From Candidatus Moraniibacteriota bacterium (GTDB lineage Bacteria > Patescibacteriota > Minisyncoccia > Moranbacterales > UBA1568), in NCBI GenBank assembly GCA_013334575.1, contig JAAXXG010000001.1, positions 41,280-105,279 on the forward strand: 64,000 bases of DNA. The letters run 5' to 3'. How positions within the stretch are numbered: position 1 is the first letter of the stretch; each line of letters starts with the position of its first letter. The notes under the pieces are model-generated. The model saw only the letters and a list, made by a program, of their open reading frames with translations. It had not been told where the DNA came from and did not search any database. A program made the position numbers and the translations under genes. Shown here piece after piece: positions 9,750 to 19,075 of the stretch.

Positions 9750-10418
9750 ATGGCGTCAATGAAACGGACATTCGCACTTGCCTTCTTCACGGTCATGCTT
9801 ATGATTCCGAGCGCCGCGGTACAGGCGCGCGACGAACTCGATATCGATCCGGATCGGGGAAGGTTGTTCAACGAGCGGGATATGGCGCCGGGCGAGTCCG
9901 TATCGGCGGAAGTATCGGCTCGGAACCGTACGAAGGACAAGGCGGACCTTTTCCTTTCGGTCGACGGGCTCCAGGGCGAACGCCTGGCGAGAGTGATGCA
10001 GGTCGCTGTCATTGACCGAACGAACGGTGAGTATCTTGTCGGCGGTGAGAATGACGGCATGACGCTTGCGGATCTGAATGGTGCGCACCAGGTCTTTTTG
10101 GAACGGCTCGGGAAAAACCGTTCCGGATCGTACGAGATAAGGCTGACGTTCGATCCGAATGCCGGGAACCGGTATCAGGGAACGAAGACGAAGTTCGACT
10201 TATCTTTCAGACTTACGTCCTCGGTCGCGAAACCGGATTCCAATCCGCCGTGCCGGACCGACCGATGTCGCGATCGATGGGAACATGAGCGCGGGCGGGA
10301 CGACGACCGTAGCAATGACCGCGATTGGCGTGGTCGCTTTGTGGAAAGGTACCATCGTTTTTCGGATTCCATGTCTTGGTTTTTCGGCCGCGTATCGCAG
10401 GCTCTATCGCGAAGATAG
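9750..10418 (+). CDS. Secreted protein (Sec signal peptide, AVQA cleavage site) with a highly charged Arg/Asp-rich C-terminal tail
   Basis: MASMKRTFALAFFTVMLMIPSAAVQA. The C-terminus reads CRTDRCRDRWEHERGRDDDRSNDRDWRGRF. It is the last gene of the sipW cluster. Confidence 0.4.
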   Translation: MASMKRTFALAFFTVMLMIPSAAVQARDELDIDPDRGRLFNERDMAPGESVSAEVSARNRTKDKADLFLSVDGLQGERLARVMQVAVIDRTNGEYLVGGENDGMTLADLNGAHQVFLERLGKNRSGSYEIRLTFDPNAGNRYQGTKTKFDLSFRLTSSVAKPDSNPPCRTDRCRDRWEHERGRDDDRSNDRDWRGRFVERYHRFSDSMSWFFGRVSQALSRR

Positions 10419-10640
10419 CCGCCTGAACGGAACATTTCCCATGTCGACCCTGTTCGGGGTCGTTTTCGGATTCCGGCCCGCATCGGAGCGGGTCCGTACT
10501 CGCACCGCATTCAAGACACGATCGTTCAGGGGAAGCATTGTTGACAGAATTGCATAAAAGTGCCATGCTGTTCTTTCGACGTATTTAACAATTCGCCATT
10601 CACAACGGAAGCGAATGCTTCCATAAACAGGAGAACGGCC

Positions 10641-11198
10641 ATGAGAAAACAGCGATTCGGTTTCTTTCGAGAACTTCTTGTCCATGAGCACAAGGTCGTC
10701 TTGGAGGTTCTTGCGGTCGGGGTCATGCTGACGATCGCTTTTAATGTGTTCGACTACGCCTTCGGATATCGGTATCTTGATGTAAGCAGGCAGGTCCGAT
10801 TGAATCTGGAGAGCGGGCCTTCGTCTCAGCAGCTCGGGGTTATGGAAGCTCGCTTACGTGAGTTCAACGGCAACGAGCGAAACCCGGTGTCTATCGGTAT
10901 CTATGACCATTCGGACGGGCCTCATGCGACTAAGCGGGATATCAAGGAGCGACTCGACAACCTGCGCTTTTCCGGTCCGCGGGGAAAGACGTCACTTCTC
11001 TTTGTGGTACAGGATGATTACGTCATAATCAAGGCGCTTGGAAGCCCGAGTTTGAGCCAGGAAGAAATGGATGGAATCGCCAGACTGCAGCGAAAGGTGC
11101 AGAAGGCTCTCGATAAAGCGGATTCCTCTGATTCGTTCCGCTACGGAGATCCGACGAAGGCTATCCTGGCTGCGATCCTATCCGACAATGTGAACTAG
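10641..11198 (+). CDS. Hypothetical N-terminally membrane-anchored protein
   Basis: AGGAGAA RBS 5 nt before ATG 10641. One TM (VVLEVLAVGVMLTIAFNVF). AT-richer segment. Confidence 0.4.
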   Translation: MRKQRFGFFRELLVHEHKVVLEVLAVGVMLTIAFNVFDYAFGYRYLDVSRQVRLNLESGPSSQQLGVMEARLREFNGNERNPVSIGIYDHSDGPHATKRDIKERLDNLRFSGPRGKTSLLFVVQDDYVIIKALGSPSLSQEEMDGIARLQRKVQKALDKADSSDSFRYGDPTKAILAAILSDNVN

Positions 11199-11408
11199 CC
11201 GATTTCGGTCGGTATGATACTCCCGGTATGCGAATGCGTATCGGGAGTCGTTCGTTTTCACGCGGTATTCCGGTATCCCTGACAAAGACAGGGATTCGGA
11301 ATGAGAGGAACTGATAGCGAAAGCGCAAGAACGAGTCGAGAGAATCGGAAGCCATCACGTCTTCGAAAATGAAGAAGACCCGCCTTGGTGACGAGTCTTC
11401 GGAAGAAA

Positions 11409-11564
11409 TCAGCGAAACCAATCGCCGAACGTAAAACGGATTGCCTGGCCCGGAAGGCCGGCGATGATTTCGGTCACGTGTCCCATCTGGCCGCTCACGG
11501 TTAGGAGGATTACCGTCCAGATAGTCACGATCGTGAGGCCGATAATCATAGGAGCGTTTTTCAT
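11409..11564 (-). CDS. Possible 51-aa hydrophobic small membrane protein
   Basis: Own translation: MKNAPMIIGLTIVTIWTVILLTVSGQMGHVTEIIAGLPGQAIRFTFGDWFR. It is not in the ORF track (under 60 aa) and has only a weak GGGG Shine-Dalgarno. Confidence 0.2.
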   Translation of the reverse strand: MKNAPMIIGLTIVTIWTVILLTVSGQMGHVTEIIAGLPGQAIRFTFGDWFR

Positions 11565-11970
11565 GGGTACCCCGGTTGATTTTCGAGGATCTATTGTGAC
11601 TCAATATATCTATTATACATCAATTCATTATGAAAGTCAAATTGTTTCTTGGGCGGAATGAGTTCGGATCGGATGAGTGACTCGTGGCTTTCCGCGGTTG
11701 CGGAAGCGCGGTGATTCTTGACAAAGATGCGGATTCGGAATAGAAAGAAGCACCTGGGAAAACCAAAAATCAAGCCGGAAAATGGGCGTATCTGTTGTAT
11801 ACGGTATCCGCGGGCGAGAGTTTTCGTCCGGAGGCGTATGAAGAAGGCTTGTCTGGAATCGATCCTGGGAGGGATGAACGGGAAGACCGACCGGTGTCCG
11901 TCAGTTTCTGGCGCGCTCCGGTCGGTTTTTCATTGGTAACGAAATCGGTAACACGATAACGGAAAGGTCT

Positions 11971-14900
11971 ATGACGCTCAGTTTGACCCGAAGGTTCCGC
12001 AGGTGGTTCCGCGTCTTCGACGCGGTCGTGATCCTGGCGATGACTTTCCAGCCGGTCGCCCCGGCGGTGATTTTCTCGCAGGAGGCTCCTGCAGCCGAAG
12101 AGAAGTCGGTTGTGGAGACACCGAAGGATACCGAAGAAGTGAAACCGGAAGAGGAGGCGAAGCAGGAAGTGAAAGCGCCGGAAGCGCCTGTGACCGAGGA
12201 GTCGGAAGTCGCTGCGGCGGTCGAACCGACCGTTTCCGTTCCGGAAGTCGCCGTTAAGACGGAGACTTTGGAAACGGTGACGGATCCGACCGATGGCCAG
12301 TCGGCCGTTTCGGTTGAGGACGGAGCGGATATGCCGACCGAGCCGACCGTGGAAGCGGCCGGAGCGGCGTTCGATGAGCGTGCTCCCGAATGGAAGAAGA
12401 ACGACGACGGCTCGCGGACGATCCGCGTCGTCGTGGGAGAGGAATATGCATATCCGGATTCGGATCTTTCGATCCGGTTCACGAAGATCGATGCCGACAA
12501 GAACGCCGGAAACCCGCGGGAGATTACCGTGAAGTCACTGAAGCTTTCCGGGCGATTGGCGGACTCTCTCCGCTCGGTGTCGGATGACGCCTACGAAATC
12601 ACGTCCAGCATGGAGGATGGCACGTTCGAATATGCGCTTTCCATGCCTATCGGGAAGGGGATCGATGAGGGATCGCTTTCCGCTGCCTATGCGGACGATG
12701 AGCATGCGCTCGAAGACGAACGCATTAAGGAAGTCGATGACGAAGACTTGACGTTTGATGACGACCGTGGGATCGCGACCGTATCGGGAATGGATCATTT
12801 CACGGTTTGGTTTCTGCGGCATGATCCGGATCCCGTGAAAGTGAACATCTGTCACGCGACCGGATCCGAGACGAATCCGTTCACGAAGAACGAGGTGAGC
12901 ATCAACTCGGTCTCGAAGTGTCGCGATGCGGCGGGGCACGATGATCATGGCGGCGATATCATTCCTCCGTACTCGTATGGATCGTGCTCGTTCCGCGGGC
13001 AGAACTGGGATACCGACGGACGGGCCATCTGGAACAACGGCTGCAAGAGGCCGCTCGGATCCGCGACGCTTTTCGTTCGTAAGGAGGTTGTCAATGACGA
13101 CGGAGGAACGCTAGTCGCTCGTGATTTCGGTCTGCGTGTGCTGGATGCTCGCGGGAACGACGTGACGGGGAGTCCTGTCGCAGGCTCGGAATCGGGTATC
13201 GCGTTCGCGCTGCCGGCCGGTTCTTACTGGATCGGAGAGCGTTCCGTCACCGGGTATGTCCTGAAGGGATTCGAAGGGGATTGCGGGGTGGATGGTTCGG
13301 TGACGCTGGTCGCCGGAGAGTCGCGAAGCTGCACCGTCGTGAACGATGATATCGCTCCGCGTCTTACCGTGGTGAAACACGTGATAAACGACAACGACGG
13401 TACGCTTTCGGCAGGAAACTTCACCATGACCGTTTCCGGTACGGGCGTTTCCGAACCGTTCTTCGCTGGAAGCGAAACGGGAACGACGGTGACGCTCCGA
13501 CCCGGATCATACGAAGTCGGAGAGATCGGCGATGCGGGATATTCCATGACCGCGACCGAGTCATGCTCGGGAACGATCGCGCTCGGCGAGCATCGTACCT
13601 GTACGTTGACAAACGACGACAAGGCTCCGGTGAACATCGTCGCGTGGAAGGTCGTCTGTGACAACGAATCCGATTTGCCGAACCGCGACGGGGGCGCGGA
13701 TATATCAGCAACCACGGCTACGGACTACGTGGCGAGTCATCCGTCCTGCCGACTCGTGTCCGGATGGGGCTTCGAATGGGGAAACGAATGGGTAAGCAAT
13801 CCCGGTGACGATTTCGTCGGACCTGCCGGAAACGGTTGGTTGACATTCGGTCCGACCGGAGAGGATGGCTCCGCATCGGTTGCCATCGAGGATTTCTCAG
13901 AACGCGGAATCTGGCTCCGTGAGATCCTGCAGGAAGGGTATCTGCCGTTCACCTATACGCTCAACGGAAATACGAACGCGAACGATGTGTCCGCGGAATT
14001 TTTCTGCGACACCGACGTCGAGAACTACGATAATCAGGAGTGGATTCCGAATCCGGTTCGCGGCGCTACGTATCATTGCGTCGCGTGGAATGTCGGATTG
14101 GGATCGATTCACGGACGCAAGTGGGAGGACCTCGACGGAAACGGAACGATGGACGAAGTCGAGAATCTTCTGGGGGGATGGACGGTTTTTCTGGATAAAG
14201 ACGGAGACGGTGACCTTGATAAGGGAGAAGAATCGACCGAGACCGCTTCCGAGGGCGATCATTTCGGTTGGTACCGGTTCGGGAATCTGCTTCCGGGTAC
14301 CTACTCGGTCTGCGAGGTTCCGCGGGAGGGTTGGGTACAAAGCTATCCCGGTACCGTTTCCGAACCCGCATGTCATTCGGTCACGGTTCCCGATTCCGGT
14401 AATCGCGAGTCGGCTGGAAATTCGGTTGACGGTTCAGCGTACGACTTCGGAAACGGAAGACTCGGAACGCTCTCGATAGAGAAATTCAACGATGCGACGT
14501 CGCCGAAGAAGCCTGGCGAGACCGTGAAATATACGCTGCGCATATCCGCGTCCGAGGGGCGCGTTCTCGGTGTCAGCGTGACCGACCTTCCGCCGTCGGT
14601 GGCGGCATATGTCGACGGTTCCTGGTCGGCCGAGTCCAGCGAGGGCTCGTCGCATATCGGCGCGCTCGCGCTTGATCACGAGTACCACTCGCCGGGCGTA
14701 TGGGCTCTCGGCGATATGCTTCCGGGCGAGGTGATCACCCTTTCCTACGACGCGCTGGTGGCGGATGGTACCGATGCGGGTCAATATCCGGACCTCGCGT
14801 ACGCGCAGGGTGTCGGTCGGAGCGGAAATCTGTATGCCATGGCCGGTATCGGTGGAAACATCGATGATTCGCGCTATGTCGGAACGGCGATCGCCGTAGC

Positions 14901-16101
14901 GGATACGGATACGGCGGATCCCGCGAAGGTGACGACCGACCATCACGAGAAGGAACAGAAGGTCGTGAAGGGGCGGGTGCTCGGCGCGACGCTTCCGGAA
15001 ACGGGATCACCCTCGTTCATCCTGGTCCTCGCTCTCCTGCTTGTCGGAATCGGCGGCGCGACGCTTGCGATCGGAGGATCTGTAAGGAGCGGGAAACTCC
15101 GCGCGTACCTGCGGCGGACGGTTCGCCGATGGGCCATCGTGCCGGTAGTTGTCTTGACTGGAGCGTCCTGGGCATGGGGAACGGTCGATGCGGGATCCAT
15201 ACCGGACCTCTATATCCGGGCGGAAAGTCCTGAGTCGGCCGCGAACGGATCCTTCCTGATGGACTATGTGACGCTCGATACGGACAAGCAGGGAGGTATC
15301 GACGTTTCGTGTCAGGTGAAGAAGCCGGGGGCGTCCGGGTTCGCGACGTTCCAGACTGCCGTGATCGACAACGAACAAGGGGGAAATTCCGGACAGTGCG
15401 AAGTGGGTCCGTCGGAGCTTGCCGACGACGGAACGTATGTCTTCCGCGTGAAGGCGGAATCTGGAAGCGAAGAAGCGTTGAGCGCGGAATATTCCGTGGC
15501 ATACGATTCGACGCTGCCGGGTAGGCCGAAATCGATCGACAAGAGCTATGTGTCCAGCTGTATTAACCGCGTGAAGCTCCGTACCGCGGACGACGGTCAG
15601 ACGACACGCGTGGAAGTGTATCGTTCGACGAGTGAGGATTTCATGGCGGACGCCTCGACCCTGGTTCATACGGCTGTCGTCGGTCCGAATGCGACGTACG
15701 AGTATGACGATGCGCGTCCGTCCGCCATCTGCGGAAACAGGACGTATTACGCGGTACGCGCGTTCGACGATGCGGGGAACGCGTCTCCGGTACGTGAGGA
15801 GGATATGACCGAGACGAACAAGACGACCGCATACGAGGATGTGACGACGGAAGGCTCGGTAACGCTGAAGCCGGGCGCCGGTACGACGGTTTCCGAAGGA
15901 ACCGGTTCTGGCGAGACGACGGTGACCGGAGAGGTTGCCGGCGAGCAGTCCGGCAGCGGGGAGGGAACGGTCGAAGGAGCGGAGACGACCGCAGGCGGTT
16001 TCCCGCGGTGGGGATGGATACTTGTCGCGCTCGCGGCGTATGCCGGGTACCGGTGGTATGCTCTCCGGAAAGAACGGAAGGCGAGAATGCCGAAGATCTA
16101 G
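11971..16101 (+). CDS. 1,376-aa cell-surface adhesin-like protein with prealbumin/Cna-B/SdrD-B-like and DUF11-like repeats, an internal LPETG sorting signal and a second C-terminal membrane anchor
   Basis: N-terminal signal/anchor. Repeated V.NDD.AP beta-sandwich modules. SdrD-B-like DLDGNGTMDE...DKDGDGDLD. LPETG at nt 14992-15006, followed by a hydrophobic stretch and RSGKLRAYLRRTVRRW, then about 360 more aa ending in a TM plus KERKARMPKI. Confidence 0.7.
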   Translation: MTLSLTRRFRRWFRVFDAVVILAMTFQPVAPAVIFSQEAPAAEEKSVVETPKDTEEVKPEEEAKQEVKAPEAPVTEESEVAAAVEPTVSVPEVAVKTETLETVTDPTDGQSAVSVEDGADMPTEPTVEAAGAAFDERAPEWKKNDDGSRTIRVVVGEEYAYPDSDLSIRFTKIDADKNAGNPREITVKSLKLSGRLADSLRSVSDDAYEITSSMEDGTFEYALSMPIGKGIDEGSLSAAYADDEHALEDERIKEVDDEDLTFDDDRGIATVSGMDHFTVWFLRHDPDPVKVNICHATGSETNPFTKNEVSINSVSKCRDAAGHDDHGGDIIPPYSYGSCSFRGQNWDTDGRAIWNNGCKRPLGSATLFVRKEVVNDDGGTLVARDFGLRVLDARGNDVTGSPVAGSESGIAFALPAGSYWIGERSVTGYVLKGFEGDCGVDGSVTLVAGESRSCTVVNDDIAPRLTVVKHVINDNDGTLSAGNFTMTVSGTGVSEPFFAGSETGTTVTLRPGSYEVGEIGDAGYSMTATESCSGTIALGEHRTCTLTNDDKAPVNIVAWKVVCDNESDLPNRDGGADISATTATDYVASHPSCRLVSGWGFEWGNEWVSNPGDDFVGPAGNGWLTFGPTGEDGSASVAIEDFSERGIWLREILQEGYLPFTYTLNGNTNANDVSAEFFCDTDVENYDNQEWIPNPVRGATYHCVAWNVGLGSIHGRKWEDLDGNGTMDEVENLLGGWTVFLDKDGDGDLDKGEESTETASEGDHFGWYRFGNLLPGTYSVCEVPREGWVQSYPGTVSEPACHSVTVPDSGNRESAGNSVDGSAYDFGNGRLGTLSIEKFNDATSPKKPGETVKYTLRISASEGRVLGVSVTDLPPSVAAYVDGSWSAESSEGSSHIGALALDHEYHSPGVWALGDMLPGEVITLSYDALVADGTDAGQYPDLAYAQGVGRSGNLYAMAGIGGNIDDSRYVGTAIAVADTDTADPAKVTTDHHEKEQKVVKGRVLGATLPETGSPSFILVLALLLVGIGGATLAIGGSVRSGKLRAYLRRTVRRWAIVPVVVLTGASWAWGTVDAGSIPDLYIRAESPESAANGSFLMDYVTLDTDKQGGIDVSCQVKKPGASGFATFQTAVIDNEQGGNSGQCEVGPSELADDGTYVFRVKAESGSEEALSAEYSVAYDSTLPGRPKSIDKSYVSSCINRVKLRTADDGQTTRVEVYRSTSEDFMADASTLVHTAVVGPNATYEYDDARPSAICGNRTYYAVRAFDDAGNASPVREEDMTETNKTTAYEDVTTEGSVTLKPGAGTTVSEGTGSGETTVTGEVAGEQSGSGEGTVEGAETTAGGFPRWGWILVALAAYAGYRWYALRKERKARMPKI

Positions 16102-16125
16102 CGACGGGGCTGATGTTTCGCAAAA

Positions 16126-16155
16126 AGCGCCCGGCACCTTGCCGGGCCTTTGTCC
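16126..16155 (+). terminator. Hairpin downstream of the giant ORF (weak terminator)
   Basis: gcccggcaccttgccgggc followed by ctttgtccgtt. Confidence 0.35.
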
Positions 16156-16208
16156 GTTCGGAAGTGGACAAGATATCCCGTTTCGGCTAGGATGGTCGAA
16201 GCGGGAAC

Positions 16209-16282
16209 GGACAATTAGCTCAGTTGGTTAGAGCACTGCATTCACATTGCAGGGGTCGCTGGTTCGAGTCCAGCATTGTCCA
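16209..16282 (+). tRNA. tRNA-Val (anticodon CAC)
   Basis: 74-nt cloverleaf: acceptor GGACAAT/ATTGTCC, D-stem GCTC/GAGC, anticodon stem CTGCA/TGCAG with loop TTCACAT, T-stem GCTGG/CCAGC with loop TTCGAGT. Confidence 0.9.
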
Positions 16283-16392
16283 CAGCGATAAGACTTACGA
16301 CGTACAGCATACAACTTACGACACCGAATCGTATTCAGTCCGATTTTTCATACGGTTGTGCGTTGTCAGTTGTCGGTTGTCGGTTTCGGTAT

Positions 16393-17718
16393 ATGCTCGA
16401 TATACAGTTCATACGCGATCACCGGGACGAGATTGTCCGTGCGGCCAAGGGAAAGCGGCTCGATTTCGATGTCGACGCGCTGTTTGCGGCGGACCGCGAC
16501 CGCATCGAGGCCGCGCAGGCGCTCGAGGCCGCTCAGGCCCAGAAGAACGGGCTCAATCAGAAGATCGCCTCCGCGGGAAGCGACGGGGAACGTGCGGCCG
16601 CCATCGCCGAGGGAAAGGCGATCAAGGAGCGGATCGAATCGCTCGAGCCGGCGGCGCGCGAGACGAAGGAACGCTTCGACGCCCTCATGGCGCAGGTGCC
16701 GAATGTCGTGGCACCGGACACGCCGGCGGGGGAGAGCGACGAGGACAACGTCGAGGTCGCGAGAAAAGGGGATATCCGTGAGTTTCCGTTCGCGCCGAAG
16801 GATCATATCGCGCTTGGTGCGTCGCTCGGACTGTTCGATCTTGAGCGTGGAACGAAGGTGGCCGGATACCGGGGGTACTACCTGACCGGCGACGGTGCGA
16901 TGCTCGCGATGGGGCTCATGTCCTTTGCGCTCTCGAAGATGGCGTCCAAGGGATATGTTCCGATGATTCCGCCGACCTTGGTGAAGGGATTCCCGCTTTT
17001 CGGAAGCGGCTACTTCAAGGGGCTCGAGTACGACGGCGAAGTCGACGAGATCTATCAGGTCGCTTCCGGTGATCGCGATGCCGACGGGAGCGAATCCAAG
17101 GAACGGAAGTTTCTGGTCGGGACGGCGGAACCTTCGCTGCTCGCGTTCCATTCCGGAGAGACGATCGCGGCGGACCGGCTCCCGATCCGCTATGCCGGGT
17201 TCAGCCAGTGCTATCGGAGCGAGATCGGTTCGTACGGCAAGGATACCAAGGGTCTCTACCGGGTCCACGAGTTCATGAAGGTCGAACAGGTGGTTCTCGC
17301 GCCGGCGGATCCCGCGTTGGCCGATACGCTTCAGGAGGAGATGCTCGGTATCACAGAAGAGATCCTGACCGACCTCGGTCTTCCGATCCGTCGGATCCGC
17401 ATCTGTGCGGGTGACATGGGAACCGGGAAGTACAAGGCGTTCGATGTCGAGGCGTGGATGCCGGGTCTGGGGCGCTGGGGTGAGCTCGGAAGCGCGTCGA
17501 ACTTTACCGATTGGCAGGCGCGTCGCCTCGAGGTGCGGTATGCCGATCCGGATACCGGCAGAAAGATCCCGGTCTATATGCTCAATAACACCGCGCTTAC
17601 GTCCGTCCGACCGCTGATCGCGATTCTCGAGAACTTCCAGGAGTCGGATGGGTCGGTCGTCGTTCCGGAAGTCCTTCGCCCCTTTGTCGGTAAGGATCGT
17701 CTGATGCCGAACGTCTAG
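16393..17718 (+). CDS. serS: Seryl-tRNA synthetase
   Basis: MLDIQFIRDHRDEIV... N-terminal coiled-coil and class II aaRS core motifs. Length about 441 aa. Confidence 0.9.
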   Translation: MLDIQFIRDHRDEIVRAAKGKRLDFDVDALFAADRDRIEAAQALEAAQAQKNGLNQKIASAGSDGERAAAIAEGKAIKERIESLEPAARETKERFDALMAQVPNVVAPDTPAGESDEDNVEVARKGDIREFPFAPKDHIALGASLGLFDLERGTKVAGYRGYYLTGDGAMLAMGLMSFALSKMASKGYVPMIPPTLVKGFPLFGSGYFKGLEYDGEVDEIYQVASGDRDADGSESKERKFLVGTAEPSLLAFHSGETIAADRLPIRYAGFSQCYRSEIGSYGKDTKGLYRVHEFMKVEQVVLAPADPALADTLQEEMLGITEEILTDLGLPIRRIRICAGDMGTGKYKAFDVEAWMPGLGRWGELGSASNFTDWQARRLEVRYADPDTGRKIPVYMLNNTALTSVRPLIAILENFQESDGSVVVPEVLRPFVGKDRLMPNV

Positions 17719-17744
17719 GTTGACGCCTCACTTATTCCGCTTCG

Positions 17745-17780
17745 TACGAAAGACGCCTTCCGCAGGCGTCTTCGTTTCGT
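17745..17780. terminator. Hairpin terminator between convergent serS and the malic enzyme gene
   Basis: acgaaagacgcc ttccgca ggcgtcttcgtttcgt. Confidence 0.45.
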
Positions 17781-17799
17781 AGGTATCCGGTCGCTTCCG

Positions 17800-18954
17800 T
17801 CAGCGTTCGACGATTGCTGCACGGATGGCCGGGACGACGCCGGCGTCGAAGACCGAGGGAAGGATGCCGTCTCGTGACGGCTCAATGACCGAGGCGAGCG
17901 CCCGGGCTACGTCGTTCTTGAGTGTCGGAATGTCGGTCATGCGGAACGAGCGGTCTTTCATTCGGGCATCAAGGAGTCCGCGGAAGAGTCCCGGGAAGAC
18001 GAGCGCGTTGTTGATCTGGTTCGGAAAGTCGGAGCGTCCGGTGCCGACGATGAACGCGCCTCCGGCGACGGCTTCGTCGGGCAGGATTTCCGGGTCGGGA
18101 TTGGCCATGGCAAGCACGATGGGCCGTTCTGCCATCGTGCGGATATCGCCGGCGTTCAGGATATTGCCTTTGGAAACGCCGACGAACGCGTCGGCTTCCG
18201 AAATCGCGGTGGCAAGATCGCCTGCCAGTCCGCGCGGATTCGACCGCTCGGCGATATTCCGTTTTGCTCCGCTAAGGTCGTTCCGCTCCGGACCGAGTAT
18301 CCCGCGGCTGTCGACCAGGACGAGATCCCGCACGCCTTCGTCCAGGAGGAGCCGCGCGATAGCGATGCCGGCCGCGCCGGCGCCGTTTATGACGACCCGC
18401 ATGTCGGGAAGTGCGGTTCCGCGGACTTTGGCCGCGTTGAGGAGCGCGGCGAGCGTGACGATCGCCGTGCCGTCCTGGTCATCGTGGAAAACGGGGATAT
18501 CGAGCTCCCGTTCCAGACGTTCGAGAACCTCGAAACATGTCGGTGCGGCGATGTCCTCGAGGTTTATGCCTCCGAAGGAGGGCTCGATCCGTTTGCAGAA
18601 ATCGACGATCTCGTCGACACTTTCGGCTCGGATGCAAAGCGGCACCGCATCCACGTCCGCGGTCTTCTTGAAGAGCATGGCCTTGCCTTCCATGACCGGC
18701 AGGCCCGCGGTCGGGCCGATATCTCCGAGTCCGAGGATGGCGGTACCATCGGTCACGATGGCGACCGTGTTGCCGCGATTCGTGAGGAGGACGTCGGTTT
18801 CCGGTTCCGCGGCGATGGTTCGGCATACCTCCGCCACTCCCGGCGTATAGGCGAGCGCCAGATCTTCCGGAGTCTCGACCGGCGTCTTGATCGCGGTCCC
18901 TATCTTGCCGTGTCCGTCGAGGTGGTAGCGGATGGCGGGGTTGTTCCGGTCCAT
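17800..18954 (-). CDS. NAD(P)-dependent malic enzyme (short form)
   Basis: MDRNNPAIRYHLDGHGKIGT...LAYTPGVAEVC...VTDGTAILGLGDIGP, the canonical short malic enzyme pattern. Confidence 0.85.
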   Translation of the reverse strand: MDRNNPAIRYHLDGHGKIGTAIKTPVETPEDLALAYTPGVAEVCRTIAAEPETDVLLTNRGNTVAIVTDGTAILGLGDIGPTAGLPVMEGKAMLFKKTADVDAVPLCIRAESVDEIVDFCKRIEPSFGGINLEDIAAPTCFEVLERLERELDIPVFHDDQDGTAIVTLAALLNAAKVRGTALPDMRVVINGAGAAGIAIARLLLDEGVRDLVLVDSRGILGPERNDLSGAKRNIAERSNPRGLAGDLATAISEADAFVGVSKGNILNAGDIRTMAERPIVLAMANPDPEILPDEAVAGGAFIVGTGRSDFPNQINNALVFPGLFRGLLDARMKDRSFRMTDIPTLKNDVARALASVIEPSRDGILPSVFDAGVVPAIRAAIVER

Positions 18955-19075
18955 AGTCGGGTCCTTATCGGTTCAGCCGGCAGTGTATCACGCATACCTC
19001 GCCGCGAACAGGGTCGCCGGTATCGCGTATTGCTGCTATACTTGTACGATATCGAATCACTAAGGTATTCGTCCT

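Noticed and set aside
15007-16137. 376-aa minus-strand ORF opposite the giant adhesin C-terminus
   Set aside because: Shadow ORF. The plus-strand frame has clear domain structure and membrane anchors.
16276-16392. Longer serS ORF starting at 16276 directly after the tRNA
   Set aside because: The N-terminal extension has no homology. The canonical SerRS N-terminus (MLDIQFIRD) begins at 16393.
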